The notes: a model not told the origin generated them from the letters alone. A stretch of 54,253 nt of DNA from Dehalococcoidia bacterium (GCA_011191875.1 DUFC01000003.1:1-54253), one strand, 5' to 3'. Positions 36,863-47,118 are shown, counted from the stretch's first letter. Translations and numbers: made by a program.

Positions 36863-37228
36863 TCATAACCCATCTTCATCCTGATAAATTGTTCCCTCAC
36901 TATCCCACTTATAGTAGAATTCAGTCTTAGCCGAAAGTAGATAGTCTGCAAAGTCAAACTCTCCAGGCTTACCTGACAGGTCATTCGTCCAACAATCTCA
37001 GTAGTGCGCCACCGTAGTTAGGTTATTGTCAGCCATCCCCGCAGTCATTGCCAGATTCACATTGTGTAGCTCAGTTTGCATTGCCTCAGTCTTACCCGCA
37101 CCAATGAATTTGCCAATACTGGGCACCGCGACTGCTGATAGAACACCAAGGATGGCTACCACTACCAGCAGCTCAATCAGCGTGAAGCCTTTTTGACCGC
37201 AACGAAAGCTCTTTAAAAAGCTTCTCAC
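36863..37228 (-). pseudogene. Type IV pilin (prepilin) interrupted by an in-frame TGA
   Basis: GGAGGTG RBS and GTG at 37228; class III signal QKG|FTLIELLVVVAILGVL. TGA at 37000-36998 is followed by 44 more sense codons ending at TGA 36863. Confidence 0.75.
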
Positions 37229-37588
37229 TTCTATTATCACCTCCACTTCTTACTGTCTAGCTAACCTTTAGCTATGTGAGTCTATACTATGTGATAGCTT
37301 GTTACTATATCAATGGTCTATTAGTACTGGCGAAAATGGTACTTTATTGCTGACCTCTCGGTTGCCTTGTGTCCCTAAAAAATAGTTTCAGGATGGCAAG
37401 TTAAAGAAAGAAAAGATAGTAGTAATCATCTTGACCCTTACAATTTAGCCAATTACTCTTTTGTTAGTTGGAGTGTGTATGGTGTGGTGGGTTAATAACA
37501 GGGAGCTAATCAAGATGCGAGCGGCAATCTTCACCCTCCCCCAAGCACTTTTTCATACAAATAATGTAGAACCATTGGTATGCTTCCC

Positions 37589-37617
37589 TTGACATAGCTT
37601 CGTCCTTTATCTACACT
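37589..37617 (+). promoter_or_regulatory. sigma70-type promoter of the zf-lemA-htpX operon
   Basis: TTGACA-17 bp-TACACT. Confidence 0.6.
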
Positions 37618-37646
37618 TAGAAAAACGGCTTTTGGAGATTACTTCA

Positions 37647-38066
37647 GTGAAGTGTCCTACCTGCAACAATTTAATGATAGTTGTTGAGCATAACGAGATT
37701 GAACTTGATTACTGTACTAACTGCCAGGGGGTATGGTTCGATTCTGAAGAGCTTGAGCTACTGCTGGAGTCCATAAGCCTAGAGAGCCTAAACCTGTTCC
37801 TCAATAATATCATCAACTTTCCGGAAGCCAAGTCATCAGAGAAGAAGCGAAGGTGCCCCATCTGCGGTCAAAAAATGAGGAAAACAACCATAGGTCAACA
37901 ACCTGATATACTAATCGATGTTTGCCAACAGGGACATGGTATGTGGTTTGACAGTGGGGAGGTTGGTCAGTTGATAACACAGTTGCTTGATAAACCATCT
38001 GAGAGGGCAGATACCCAAGGACGCGTTATTACCTTCTTGGGAGAAGTATTCAGAGCCCGTGACTAA
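37647..38066 (+). CDS. Tandem zf-TFIIB-like zinc-ribbon protein
   Basis: Two repeats: CPTC...LDYCTNCQGVWFDSEEL and CPIC...IDVCQQGHGMWFDSGEV; likely GTG start at 37647. Confidence 0.88.
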   Translation: MKCPTCNNLMIVVEHNEIELDYCTNCQGVWFDSEELELLLESISLESLNLFLNNIINFPEAKSSEKKRRCPICGQKMRKTTIGQQPDILIDVCQQGHGMWFDSGEVGQLITQLLDKPSERADTQGRVITFLGEVFRARD

Positions 38067-38184
38067 GCCAGTCCAGGAAGAGACAGTCGGAATAGGGCAT
38101 TTATCTATTTACCAGTAGTCCGGGGGACCCTAGTTATGGGAATCCCCGACAGCTATAAAAAGGAAATTGTTTTGGAGGTGTTTC

Positions 38185-38748
38185 ATGATTGCGGTCTATA
38201 TCATCATTGGCATCGTAGTGATTCTTCTTTTCTTCTTCTTCGGAACCTACAACAGCCTGGTAAGGCTGCGCAACCGGGTAAAGAACGCCTGGGCACAGAT
38301 CGATGTTCAGCTCAAGAGGAGGCATGACCTTATCCCCAACCTTGTAGAGACAGCTAAGGGTTACATGAGGCATGAGCGAGAGACATTAGAAGCAGTTACC
38401 AATGCCCGAAACCTGGCACAGAAGGCAATCGGCACCGGTGTTGGTGCCCAGTCCCAAGCTGAGGCTGGACTCAGTGGTGCCTTGTCCAGACTGTTGGCCG
38501 TGGTTGAGAATTACCCTGACCTGAAAGCCAGCCAGAACTTCCTCGCTCTCCAGGAAGAGTTGACTTCAACTGAGAACAAGATAAGCTTTTCACGCCAGTT
38601 CTATAACGATTCAGTACTGAATTATAACAATAAGACTCACATGTTTCCTTCTAACATAATAGCCGGCATGACTGGTTTCAAGGCAAGCGAATTCTTCGAG
38701 GTTACTGTAGCCGAGGAGAGAATTGCGCCCAAGGTTAGTTTCACTTAA
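38185..38748 (+). CDS. lemA: LemA family protein
   Basis: Motifs YNSLV.LRN...NAWAQIDVQLKRRHDLIPNLV and ENYPDLKASQNFL.LQEEL..TENKI; GGAGGTG RBS. Confidence 0.96.
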   Translation: MIAVYIIIGIVVILLFFFFGTYNSLVRLRNRVKNAWAQIDVQLKRRHDLIPNLVETAKGYMRHERETLEAVTNARNLAQKAIGTGVGAQSQAEAGLSGALSRLLAVVENYPDLKASQNFLALQEELTSTENKISFSRQFYNDSVLNYNNKTHMFPSNIIAGMTGFKASEFFEVTVAEERIAPKVSFT

Positions 38749-38765
38749 CCCGGAGATGCTCAACT

Positions 38766-39980
38766 ATGTGGGAACAGATTAGGTCTAACCAGATAAGGTC
38801 GGTAATACTGGTAGCAGCGATGGCAGTGTTGCTGCTTTTAATTGGCTATTTCCTGGGAGTAGCCTTCATGGATAACGGTATTGGCGGCCTGGTCATAGCC
38901 TTCGTGATATGGGCAGTGATGAATTTGATTGCCTTTTTCCAGGGTGACAGTATATTACTAGCATTATCCAGAGCCAGGAAAATAAAGCGCGATGACCATC
39001 CCCGCCTCTATAACATAGTCGAGGAAATGAAGATTGCCTCGGGCCTGGAGAAAATGCCCGATATCTACATTATCGACGACCCAGCGCTGAATGCATTCGC
39101 CACCGGACGGGGTCCCAAGCGGGCTGCTGTTGCTGTAACCTCAGGTCTTCTGCAAAAGCTCAACCGTGATGAACTGCAGGGGGTCATCGCCCACGAAGTA
39201 TCTCATATCAAGAACCGGGATGTGCTACTGATGGCATTGTGCGGTGTTCTTCTTGGGACTATTGTTATTCTAGCCTGGTACGCAACGCACTTGCTCTTCT
39301 TCGGCTCCATGTTTGGTGGCAGGAGAAGCTCCTCATCGGGAGGCGGCCAAGCGCAGTTGATAATCCTTGCCGTAGGAATCGTCTTGATGATACTGGCGCC
39401 AATTATTGCTCAATTGATATACTTTGCCATTTCCAGGAAGAGGGAATACCTGGCCGATGCCTCCTCTGCTCTGTATACCAGATACCCGGATGGACTGGCC
39501 TCGGCACTGGAAAAGATTGCCGGTTCAACCACACAACTAAAATCGGCTAACAAGGCTTCAGCCCCAATGTACATCATTAATCCCTTCCGTAAGAAAGGAA
39601 GAGCGGCTACCGATCTCACCAGCACCCACCCCCCTATTTCAGAGCGTGTACGTATACTACGCTCCATGGCCGGCGGCGCCTCCTTTGCCGACTACAACAA
39701 TGCTTTCCGCGGTGTTCACAAGGGTGGCAAGGGGATTATTTCAGCCTCTGCCATCGCCAGTGCTGGTGCCGTCGGGCTACGGGCAGCAGAGCAAGAAGAT
39801 GCGATGAGAGAAACCGAACCAGGTAAAGTAGAACGCTCTCGCCAAGTCTCAGACCTGATGTGGCAGCTTAACAACTATAGAACTATCACCTGCGATTGTG
39901 GCACGAAGTTAAAGGTGCCCCCCAAACTCAAAAAGTCTAGTGTTAAATGTCCACACTGCGGCAGAATCAATAATATCTAA
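38766..39980 (+). CDS. htpX: HtpX-like M48 zinc metalloprotease with C-terminal zinc ribbon
   Basis: Motifs NAFATG, ELQGVIAHEVSH, SRKREYLAD and STHPP..ER; C-terminal CDCG...CPHCG. Confidence 0.92.
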   Translation: MWEQIRSNQIRSVILVAAMAVLLLLIGYFLGVAFMDNGIGGLVIAFVIWAVMNLIAFFQGDSILLALSRARKIKRDDHPRLYNIVEEMKIASGLEKMPDIYIIDDPALNAFATGRGPKRAAVAVTSGLLQKLNRDELQGVIAHEVSHIKNRDVLLMALCGVLLGTIVILAWYATHLLFFGSMFGGRRSSSSGGGQAQLIILAVGIVLMILAPIIAQLIYFAISRKREYLADASSALYTRYPDGLASALEKIAGSTTQLKSANKASAPMYIINPFRKKGRAATDLTSTHPPISERVRILRSMAGGASFADYNNAFRGVHKGGKGIISASAIASAGAVGLRAAEQEDAMRETEPGKVERSRQVSDLMWQLNNYRTITCDCGTKLKVPPKLKKSSVKCPHCGRINNI

Positions 39981-40334
39981 GACGGAGTGGGGTAATAGTA
40001 ATCAGCCCGATGAAGACTTAGACCGTTCAGTGTTTGAACTCTTATCTACGCGATTTCTAAAAACAAAACCCATCGGTAATACAATATATCACAGGATTAT
40101 CCGTGCTACTGCAAATAGCAATAAACTCCAATACTTCTCACAACACCTACACTAGTAGTAGCCAAACTATTCCCCCAGTACTATTTACTAGTTAAATTAA
40201 GTACTTTTGGATGATTCACTATATAGCCTATATTGTCTACAATATTTATAAACGGACTTTTCTTCTCGAATTTACGGAAATGTCGCCATCGCATCGATAA
40301 GCAAGCCGATTATGAAACTAGTGGGATTTTTTAT

Positions 40335-41282
40335 ATGTCAGACATAACTGAGATAGTTCAGACTGCAACTAAACCGCTGACTGTCCATAAAGTCAAAGAA
40401 CGAACCAAATCGGCACGGTGGAACGTAAACACCGTAATAATCGCCTTCACAGTTTTAGCGGTGGTTATTTTCATGCAATTCCAAGGTATTGCAATTGAGA
40501 TTGTGGGATCGGTTGCTATTTTTGGATTATCAATGATTTGGCTGACTAGCTGGATACAGGCTAAGAAAACATATAAAGTTTTTTACGAACAAGAGTTACA
40601 ACAACTTCAAAATCTTGTTCTGTTAGCGCAAGAGAAGCAGAATAACGGTAACAACATACTGGGTACAATCCATGCTTTAGCAGCTACTGTCGACGCAAAG
40701 GATCATTATACTTATGGTCACTCGGAGAAGGTGGCTAAATATGCCACAGCAATTGCGCAAGAACTCGGATATTCCTAGGATAGTCTTGAGTCAGTCCGTG
40801 TTGCTGCATTACTACACGATATCGGGAAGATCGGAATCCCCGACCACCTGCTGGGTAAGTCTAGACCTTTAAGTCCTAAGGAATGGGAAGTAATGCGTAG
40901 CCACCCAGATTTAGGAGTAGCTATCCTCAAACACATCGACGCCATTAAGGACTGCTTGGTAGCTGTACTACACCACCACGAATGCTATGATGGCAGTGGC
41001 TACCCCGCAGTTTTGAGGGGTGAAGATATTCCACTCAACGCACGCATCCTGACTGTGGCCGATGCCTACGACGCTATGACCTCAGAACGACCTTACCGAT
41101 GTGGTATAATGACATGTGAGCAAGCCTTGGCAGAACTGACGCGCTGCGCTGGCAAACAATTTGACCCCAGAGTTGTTGAGGTCCTTGCTAGCCTCTTTGA
41201 GGAGCCCAAGCTAGTAGAAATGAGATTCGAACGAAGCCCAGCTACTGCGATTGATCGATCGAAGGTCGCTTTACTACATTAG
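40335..41282 (+). pseudogene. Membrane-anchored HD-GYP phosphodiesterase interrupted by an in-frame TAG
   Basis: Two TM segments, then DAKDHYTYGHSEKVA. After TAG 40776-40778 the same frame continues with AALLHDIGKIGIP...HHECYDGSGYP...VADAYDAMTSERPY. Confidence 0.9.
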
Positions 41283-41422
41283 AGGGAACTAGAAGGTAAA
41301 TTTCAAACACATGAGATAGAGGCGGTGCTTTATAGAAAGCCTGCCGGTTATTTTAAAGAATAAATCCAGCCCAGCGTAACCACTGTTGATGCCTATTAGC
41401 TAGACTCATTTTATTTACCCGT

Positions 41423-42457
41423 TTAATTTACCCTATCTTCAATTATTCCTCCGCCCAAGACAATATCACCCTGATAGAAGACTATGGCTTGCCCGGGAGT
41501 AATTGCCCTTTGAGGCTGATTAAAGTTTATCTCCACCACCCCGTCTCTGGAGTGAAGTGTGGCTTCTACTTCAGACGACTTATAGCGAATTTTAGCCATT
41601 ATATTTATAGGCTCTTTAGGAATCTCCCCCGATACCCAGCTTAGCTTACCGGCAATAAGGTTATCACTTAATAGCTGGTCTTGAGTGCCTACTATCAATC
41701 GGTTAGTGACAGTATCAAGCTTTATTACAAATAGGCGCTCATCGGAAGCAAGCCCTAGACCTTGGTGTTGCCCTACCGTATATTGGGCTAAACCTTTGTG
41801 CCTGCCTAAAACCTTGCCCTTAGTATCAACAATGTCCCCTGGTTCAAGGGGGATATGCTTGGCTATGAATAACCGATAGTTGTTATCAGGGATAAAGCAA
41901 ACATCCTGGCTGTCATGCCTTGAACTGGTAGGCAAGCCCTGTTGGCTAGCCAGCCTCCTTACTTCCACCTTGTGGAGGTTACCTAATGGCAGGATCAAGT
42001 GCTCAAGCTCACTCTGTCCCAGAGTGTAGAGGAAGTAAGACTGGTCCTTAGTCAGGTCAACTGCTTTCAGCAGGCGATAACCATTCTGGGAGGGCTCAAT
42101 TCTGGCATAGTGACCAGTGGCCAAGTAGTCTGCCCCCATTTCAAGCGCCTTGTTCATGAGGAGACCAAATTTGATATGCTGGTTGCAAACAATACATGGG
42201 TTTGGGGTGCGTCCCAGGCTATACTCCTGACAGAAGTAGTTAATAACGAGGCTCTGAAATTCTGACTCAAGGATGAGTTTGTGGAGGGGGATGTCCAGTA
42301 GCTGACAAGTGCGCTCCAAATCTGGGCTAGGGTTGTGGTCAGACCATAGCTGCATATAGACACCGCTAACCCCATAGCCAGCTTCTTTCAATAATGCCGC
42401 CGCCAGTGATGAATCCACCCCACCACTCATAGCTACAAAAACTCGCCCCTTACTCAC
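41423..42457 (-). CDS. mnmA: tRNA-specific 2-thiouridylase
   Basis: Motifs VAMSGGVDSS, GRTPNPCIVCN, LATGHYA, KDQSYFL, DSQDVCF and TPGQAIVFY. Confidence 0.96.
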   Translation of the reverse strand: MSKGRVFVAMSGGVDSSLAAALLKEAGYGVSGVYMQLWSDHNPSPDLERTCQLLDIPLHKLILESEFQSLVINYFCQEYSLGRTPNPCIVCNQHIKFGLLMNKALEMGADYLATGHYARIEPSQNGYRLLKAVDLTKDQSYFLYTLGQSELEHLILPLGNLHKVEVRRLASQQGLPTSSRHDSQDVCFIPDNNYRLFIAKHIPLEPGDIVDTKGKVLGRHKGLAQYTVGQHQGLGLASDERLFVIKLDTVTNRLIVGTQDQLLSDNLIAGKLSWVSGEIPKEPINIMAKIRYKSSEVEATLHSRDGVVEINFNQPQRAITPGQAIVFYQGDIVLGGGIIEDRVN

Positions 42458-43085
42458 GCTTCAAACCCCACTCGGAAAGCAGTTGGCTTACCCTTTGCCA
42501 GATAATCTGAGCTATTTTCGTTTTTGATTGGCTGGCATCCACCACCAGCCAGCGTTGTGGGTCATTAGTGGCCATTTTTAAATAACCCTCCCGCACCCTC
42601 TGGTGAAAGGCTATATCCTCCTGCTCAAAGCGGTCTTGCTTTCTGGCTCCTTTACGGGCCAGCCCTGCCTCTGCCGGCATATCCAGCAGAACGGTCAGGT
42701 CAGGCTTTAATCCCAGAGTGGCACTATTGTTGATAGCCGTGACCACTTCTAAATCTAATCCCCGCCCATAGCCTTGATAGGCAGTAGTAGAATCGGCATA
42801 GCGGTCACAGATAACTACCTTCCCATTTTCCAGATTGGGCTGGATTATCCAAGTTACTGATTGGGCACGTGAGGCGTTGAATAGAAGTAGCTCGGTTAGT
42901 GGTGATATATCTGTACCTTCAGTCCACTTTAGCCAGCGAGCTATCCTCATACCAAGGGGAGTGCCACCCGGTTCGTGAGTTAGAACTACCGGAATAGCCA
43001 ACTGTGATAGCCTCCTATACAATGCCTTAGCCTGGACACTCTTGCCGCACCCTTCCACACCCTCAAAGGTTATGAATAAAGACAT
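42450..43085 (-). CDS. tmk: Thymidylate kinase
   Basis: Motifs FITFEGVEGCGKS, EPGGT, VICDRY.DST.AYQGYGR and DRFEQE. Confidence 0.96.
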   Translation of the reverse strand: MSLFITFEGVEGCGKSVQAKALYRRLSQLAIPVVLTHEPGGTPLGMRIARWLKWTEGTDISPLTELLLFNASRAQSVTWIIQPNLENGKVVICDRYADSTTAYQGYGRGLDLEVVTAINNSATLGLKPDLTVLLDMPAEAGLARKGARKQDRFEQEDIAFHQRVREGYLKMATNDPQRWLVVDASQSKTKIAQIIWQRVSQLLSEWGLKRE

Positions 43086-43148
43086 GATTACCTACTTGGT
43101 TTTGTACAGTGTTAGTATATATGAGATTATTTACTAACCCCTCACCCT

Positions 43149-44672
43149 TTACTCTTTGTAAATCCTCACCCGTCTATTGGGGTCTTTGCCCAGGCTGTGT
43201 GAGGAAAGGTCATTTCTTTCGGCTATCAGGTGCTGCAGGCGCCGAATATAGGCGCTCTGGGCGCTGAGTTCTACTGTTTCCAGACCATTCTTTACCTGGC
43301 TAACGGCTTCTTCTGCCTCACCAAGAGCAAGCTTGAGGTAGTCTGTTTTATCTGTGCTATTGGTGGGGTAGATAGTATTTAAAAGCTGCCTGATTTGAGG
43401 CGGGGTGTTGCTTTTAAGGACATAGATGGGTAGGTTAGCCGCTTCGGCATCCTTAACCTTTTGTGGTCTTCGCCGATAGTAGCTTTTAGTGGTTACAAAC
43501 AGGTTGGCATGACTTGGATTATTAACTATATCCAGGCTCAATTGCATCTCTTTTACTCCCTGTTCCAGCCGCCCCCGATTTACACCGAAGAGATAGAGCT
43601 TGGGTAGATTATTCTCTCGGGTCAGTGGCTTAGCTCTAGCAGTTTTCTTAGCAGTAGTAACTGGCTCTTGTTTTTCTATTCTGACCTCTCCTGCCTCATC
43701 TAACCAGCGAATCTCAGTAGCTGCAGGTCGCCCACGCAGGATAGCATTAACCGCCTCTCCGACATCGGGATGAATGGCTACTTTATCCCAGTCCTGAATT
43801 TCAACGACAATATTAAAGGTCGGTAGTGACATACGCTCTAGCACCGATTTCTGGGTGCCCCTTCGCTTTGCCTCTTCATCGCCTAGGGTTACTGTCTGGA
43901 TACCACCAATGAGGTCAGCCAGGGTAGGGTTCATCATCAAGTTGTCTAATGTATTACCGTGAGCAGTGCCTACCAGTTGAACCCCACGTTCAGCAATGGT
44001 TCTAGCCGCCTGAGCCTCAAGCTCGGTACCAATCTCATCAATAACGATCACCTCAGGCATATGGTTTTCCACAGCTTCAATCATTACTGCGTGCTGCATG
44101 GTAGGGGTGGTTACCTGCATCCGACGGGCGTGCCCAATAGCCGGGTGGGGAATATCACCATCACCAGCAATCTCATTTGAAGTATCAACAATAATAACCC
44201 GTTTATTGAGGTCATCAGCTAGCACCCGGGCTACCTCACGAAGCATCGTTGTTTTACCTACCCCGGGACGACCTAGCAGTAAGACACTTTTACCTGACTC
44301 AACAAGGTCTTCTATAACTTTTATGGTGCCAAAGACAGCTCTTCCCACGCGGCAGGTCAGCCCAACAATGCGCCCCTTGCGATTACGGATAGCCGATATG
44401 CGATGTAAAGTGCGCTCGATTCCAGCCCGGTTGTCGTCTCCGAAGCTAGCAATACGTGAGACTACATACTCTATTTCCTCTTCGCCGACTTCTTTAGGGT
44501 TAAGAACTACTTCCTGATGAGGGAATCGAGCTTCAGGTAGGCGACCTAAGTCTAAAACTACTTCTAGTAGTTCACTAATGTTCTCTTGCTGGCATAATGG
44601 CTGGTGAATATGTGGTGGTAAAATGTCAAGTAAAGCATCCAAGTCATCTGTAATTACTTTCTGCAAAAACAT
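43149..44672 (-). CDS. Ycf45/SpoIIIAA-like AAA+ ATPase with C-terminal R3H domain
   Basis: Motifs [39 protein letters not shown] and GTAHG; C-terminal RRLQH (R3H). Confidence 0.9.
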   Translation of the reverse strand: MFLQKVITDDLDALLDILPPHIHQPLCQQENISELLEVVLDLGRLPEARFPHQEVVLNPKEVGEEEIEYVVSRIASFGDDNRAGIERTLHRISAIRNRKGRIVGLTCRVGRAVFGTIKVIEDLVESGKSVLLLGRPGVGKTTMLREVARVLADDLNKRVIIVDTSNEIAGDGDIPHPAIGHARRMQVTTPTMQHAVMIEAVENHMPEVIVIDEIGTELEAQAARTIAERGVQLVGTAHGNTLDNLMMNPTLADLIGGIQTVTLGDEEAKRRGTQKSVLERMSLPTFNIVVEIQDWDKVAIHPDVGEAVNAILRGRPAATEIRWLDEAGEVRIEKQEPVTTAKKTARAKPLTRENNLPKLYLFGVNRGRLEQGVKEMQLSLDIVNNPSHANLFVTTKSYYRRRPQKVKDAEAANLPIYVLKSNTPPQIRQLLNTIYPTNSTDKTDYLKLALGEAEEAVSQVKNGLETVELSAQSAYIRRLQHLIAERNDLSSHSLGKDPNRRVRIYKE

Positions 44673-44694
44673 CCTCCCAAGTATGCTTTATTTA

Positions 44695-45270
44695 CTAGTA
44701 TCCTCTCCCAATATCTAAGAAATATTCGTGGAACCTCAAGTCGTTAGTCAACTCAGGATGAAAGGCAGAGACTAGTAGCCTGCCCTGTCTGGCAGCCACG
44801 CCAGTGCCATCAGCTAACCTAGCTAGTACCTCTACCTCGCTACTTGTCCACTCAATTACTGGGGCTCGAATGAATATACCAAGAAAGGGCTTCTCTCCCA
44901 GCACTGGCATTGACAACTCGTTCTCAAAGCTATCCTTCTGCCTACCAAAGGCATTGCGTCTGACTGTCATATTCATAACTCCTATAGAATCCATATCCAA
45001 GCCGGAAACTTTATTGGCCAGGAGTATCATGCCAGCGCAGGTTCCAAATATGGGTAAGCCATTTTTGGCTAGATTCCTTATTTCGCACATCAAATTATAA
45101 TCCAGCATCAACTTGTTGATGGTAGTGCTTTCACCGCCAGGAATGACTAGCCCGTCCAATCCCACAAGTTCTTGGGGCAAGCGGACGGGCAAAGCCTCTA
45201 CTTTCAGTTGGTTTAATATAGCTATATGCTCAACAAAGGCTCCCTGCAAGGCAAGGACACCTATTCTCAT
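44695..45270 (-). CDS. pdxT: PLP synthase glutaminase subunit
   Basis: Motifs GVLALQGAF.EH, PGGESTT, GTCAGMILL, RNAFGRQ, FIRAP and FHPEL. Confidence 0.97.
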   Translation of the reverse strand: MRIGVLALQGAFVEHIAILNQLKVEALPVRLPQELVGLDGLVIPGGESTTINKLMLDYNLMCEIRNLAKNGLPIFGTCAGMILLANKVSGLDMDSIGVMNMTVRRNAFGRQKDSFENELSMPVLGEKPFLGIFIRAPVIEWTSSEVEVLARLADGTGVAARQGRLLVSAFHPELTNDLRFHEYFLDIGRGY

Positions 45271-45271
45271 C

Positions 45272-46153
45272 CTACCATCCTCTAGGTGCTAGCAGTTCTT
45301 CGACCGGGATTTGCTTTATATCTAATCCAGGCATGGCTTGTCCTAAGTTCTTGGAGACCTCAGCGATGATTTTGGGGTCTTGAAAGTGAGTAGTTGCCTT
45401 AACGATAGCCCTGGCTCTAACCTCCGGGTTGCTGGACTTAAATATACCCGAGCCAACAAAGACACCATCGGCACCCAGTTGCATCATCAGAGCGGCATCG
45501 GTTGGAGTAGCTACTCCACCAGCAGCAAAGTTAACCACCGGTAATTTCCCTGTTTTATGTATCTCCTCTACCAGCTCAAAGGGGGCTCCCATCTCTTTAG
45601 CCTGTGTCATCAACTCATCCTGGGGCATGTTTACCAGCTTGCGGATGCCATCCATCACCGCTCGCATGTGCCTTACCGCTTCTACAATATTACCGGTGCC
45701 AGCTTCACCCTTGGTTCTAATCATAGCCGCTCCCTCACCGATACGACGCACGGCTTCCCCCAAGTCACGACAACCGCAGACAAAGGGAACCTTAAAATCA
45801 TGCTTCCAGATATGGTGTGATTCATCAGCCGGGGTAAGCACCTCAGACTCATCTATAAAGTCTATATCAAGAGCCTCAAGGGCTTGAGCTTCTACGAAGT
45901 GACCTATACGGCACTTAGCCATCACCGGTATAGAGACTGCTTTCGTAATAGCTTCAATAATGGTGGGGTCAGCCATACGAGCCACACCTCCGTCAGCTCG
46001 AATATCGGCTGGAACCCTCTCCAGTGCCATCACTGCGCAAGCGCCTGCCTCCTGGGCAATCTTGGCTTGCTCAGCGTTGATTACATCCATAATCACCCCG
46101 CCCTTTAGCATTTGAGCCAGCCCAGTTTTAACCTTCCAAGTGCCAGTTTCCAT
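45272..46153 (-). CDS. pdxS: PLP synthase subunit
   Basis: Motifs [40 protein letters not shown] and FAAGGVATP; likely start is ATG 46153 after AGGAG. Confidence 0.97.
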   Translation of the reverse strand: METGTWKVKTGLAQMLKGGVIMDVINAEQAKIAQEAGACAVMALERVPADIRADGGVARMADPTIIEAITKAVSIPVMAKCRIGHFVEAQALEALDIDFIDESEVLTPADESHHIWKHDFKVPFVCGCRDLGEAVRRIGEGAAMIRTKGEAGTGNIVEAVRHMRAVMDGIRKLVNMPQDELMTQAKEMGAPFELVEEIHKTGKLPVVNFAAGGVATPTDAALMMQLGADGVFVGSGIFKSSNPEVRARAIVKATTHFQDPKIIAEVSKNLGQAMPGLDIKQIPVEELLAPRGW

Positions 46154-46232
46154 ATCCTCTCCTTGCTCTCTCACAAGCTCGTAACCCTGTTAACTATATT
46201 TTACTATTGTCTAACTTGTTTATCAACCTAGT

Positions 46233-47051
46233 CTAGTATCTCTTCCGGGAAACCTCTTTACCTTGATTATCGCAAAGCACAGCTACATCAGGTTCAGTGT
46301 TATTCCAAATAGCTTGGCTATATTCAAAACTAAATCCTCCCCATTCGGTATGATATTCGTTAGTATAAACTCGGATGCTTTTGCCCGGAGCCAAAATATA
46401 AGATGGGAAAATAAACGATGGATACCCATCTGATATATCCATTAGCACGCAACCAGCTAAATCTTGAGGTTATCCTCCGAGATTGGTGATTTCTACATAT
46501 TCATCAGACTCTACATTAGGCACCAGACCATTATAATAAATGTAAGTAATTTGTACATTTTCAACTATTATAGGTGGTAATATGATAGGTGGAGCCCAAA
46601 TTCCCCGACCAGCCTGTCTAGCTTCCGCCTCTAGCTCCTCCAAGTAACCCTGGTATTTAGTGTCAGGAGGATAAGATATGGCCCAGGCAAGCCCCTGTCT
46701 TACCAGCTCAGCATTAACGAAGGTATCATCAACATAAACATAGTGTAGAAGCCGTCCATATTGGTCAGTTTCGGTGATGTCTTTCTCTAATCGGACGGTT
46801 TCCCCTTCCACTAGCTGTCTGTTATATCTAGTTGCCTCCTGAGCTAGGGCACAAAATTCAGGTCGTTTATCGTCTAGCTCAGGCGTATCTATGCCAATAT
46901 AGCGAACCTTATATGTTGTGCCAGCAATGTTAACTTCTATGGTGTCACCGTCAATCACCCTGGTAACTAGAGGAGTAGTGGGAGCCGTACAACCAGTGGC
47001 TAAAATTAGAAGAAGCAAGCCCAAGATACTGGTGATATATTTCGTTTTCAT
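46233..47051 (-). pseudogene. Thermonuclease (SNase) lipoprotein with lamin-tail domain, interrupted by an in-frame TAA
   Basis: Lipobox LATGC; SNase motifs RVIDGDT, RYIGIDTPE and DQYGRLL. The LTD begins DEYVEITNLGG, hits TAA at 46472-46470, and continues in frame PQDLAG..LAPGKSIRVYT..AIWNN. Confidence 0.85.
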
Positions 47052-47118
47052 ATTCAGCCAGCACTATACTTTTATATAATTGTCATCATTATATCATAAG
47101 CTGTCTCCATATATTTAT

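Noticed and set aside
36998-37228. Geobacter-type short conductive e-pilin
   Set aside because: The truncated length is similar, but aromatic residues are sparse and the frame continues past the stop, so truncation of a longer pilin is the simpler reading.
13583-46472. Alternative genetic code explaining the in-frame stops
   Set aside because: TAA, TAG and TGA all end clearly complete core genes in this window, and the interruptions use all three codons.
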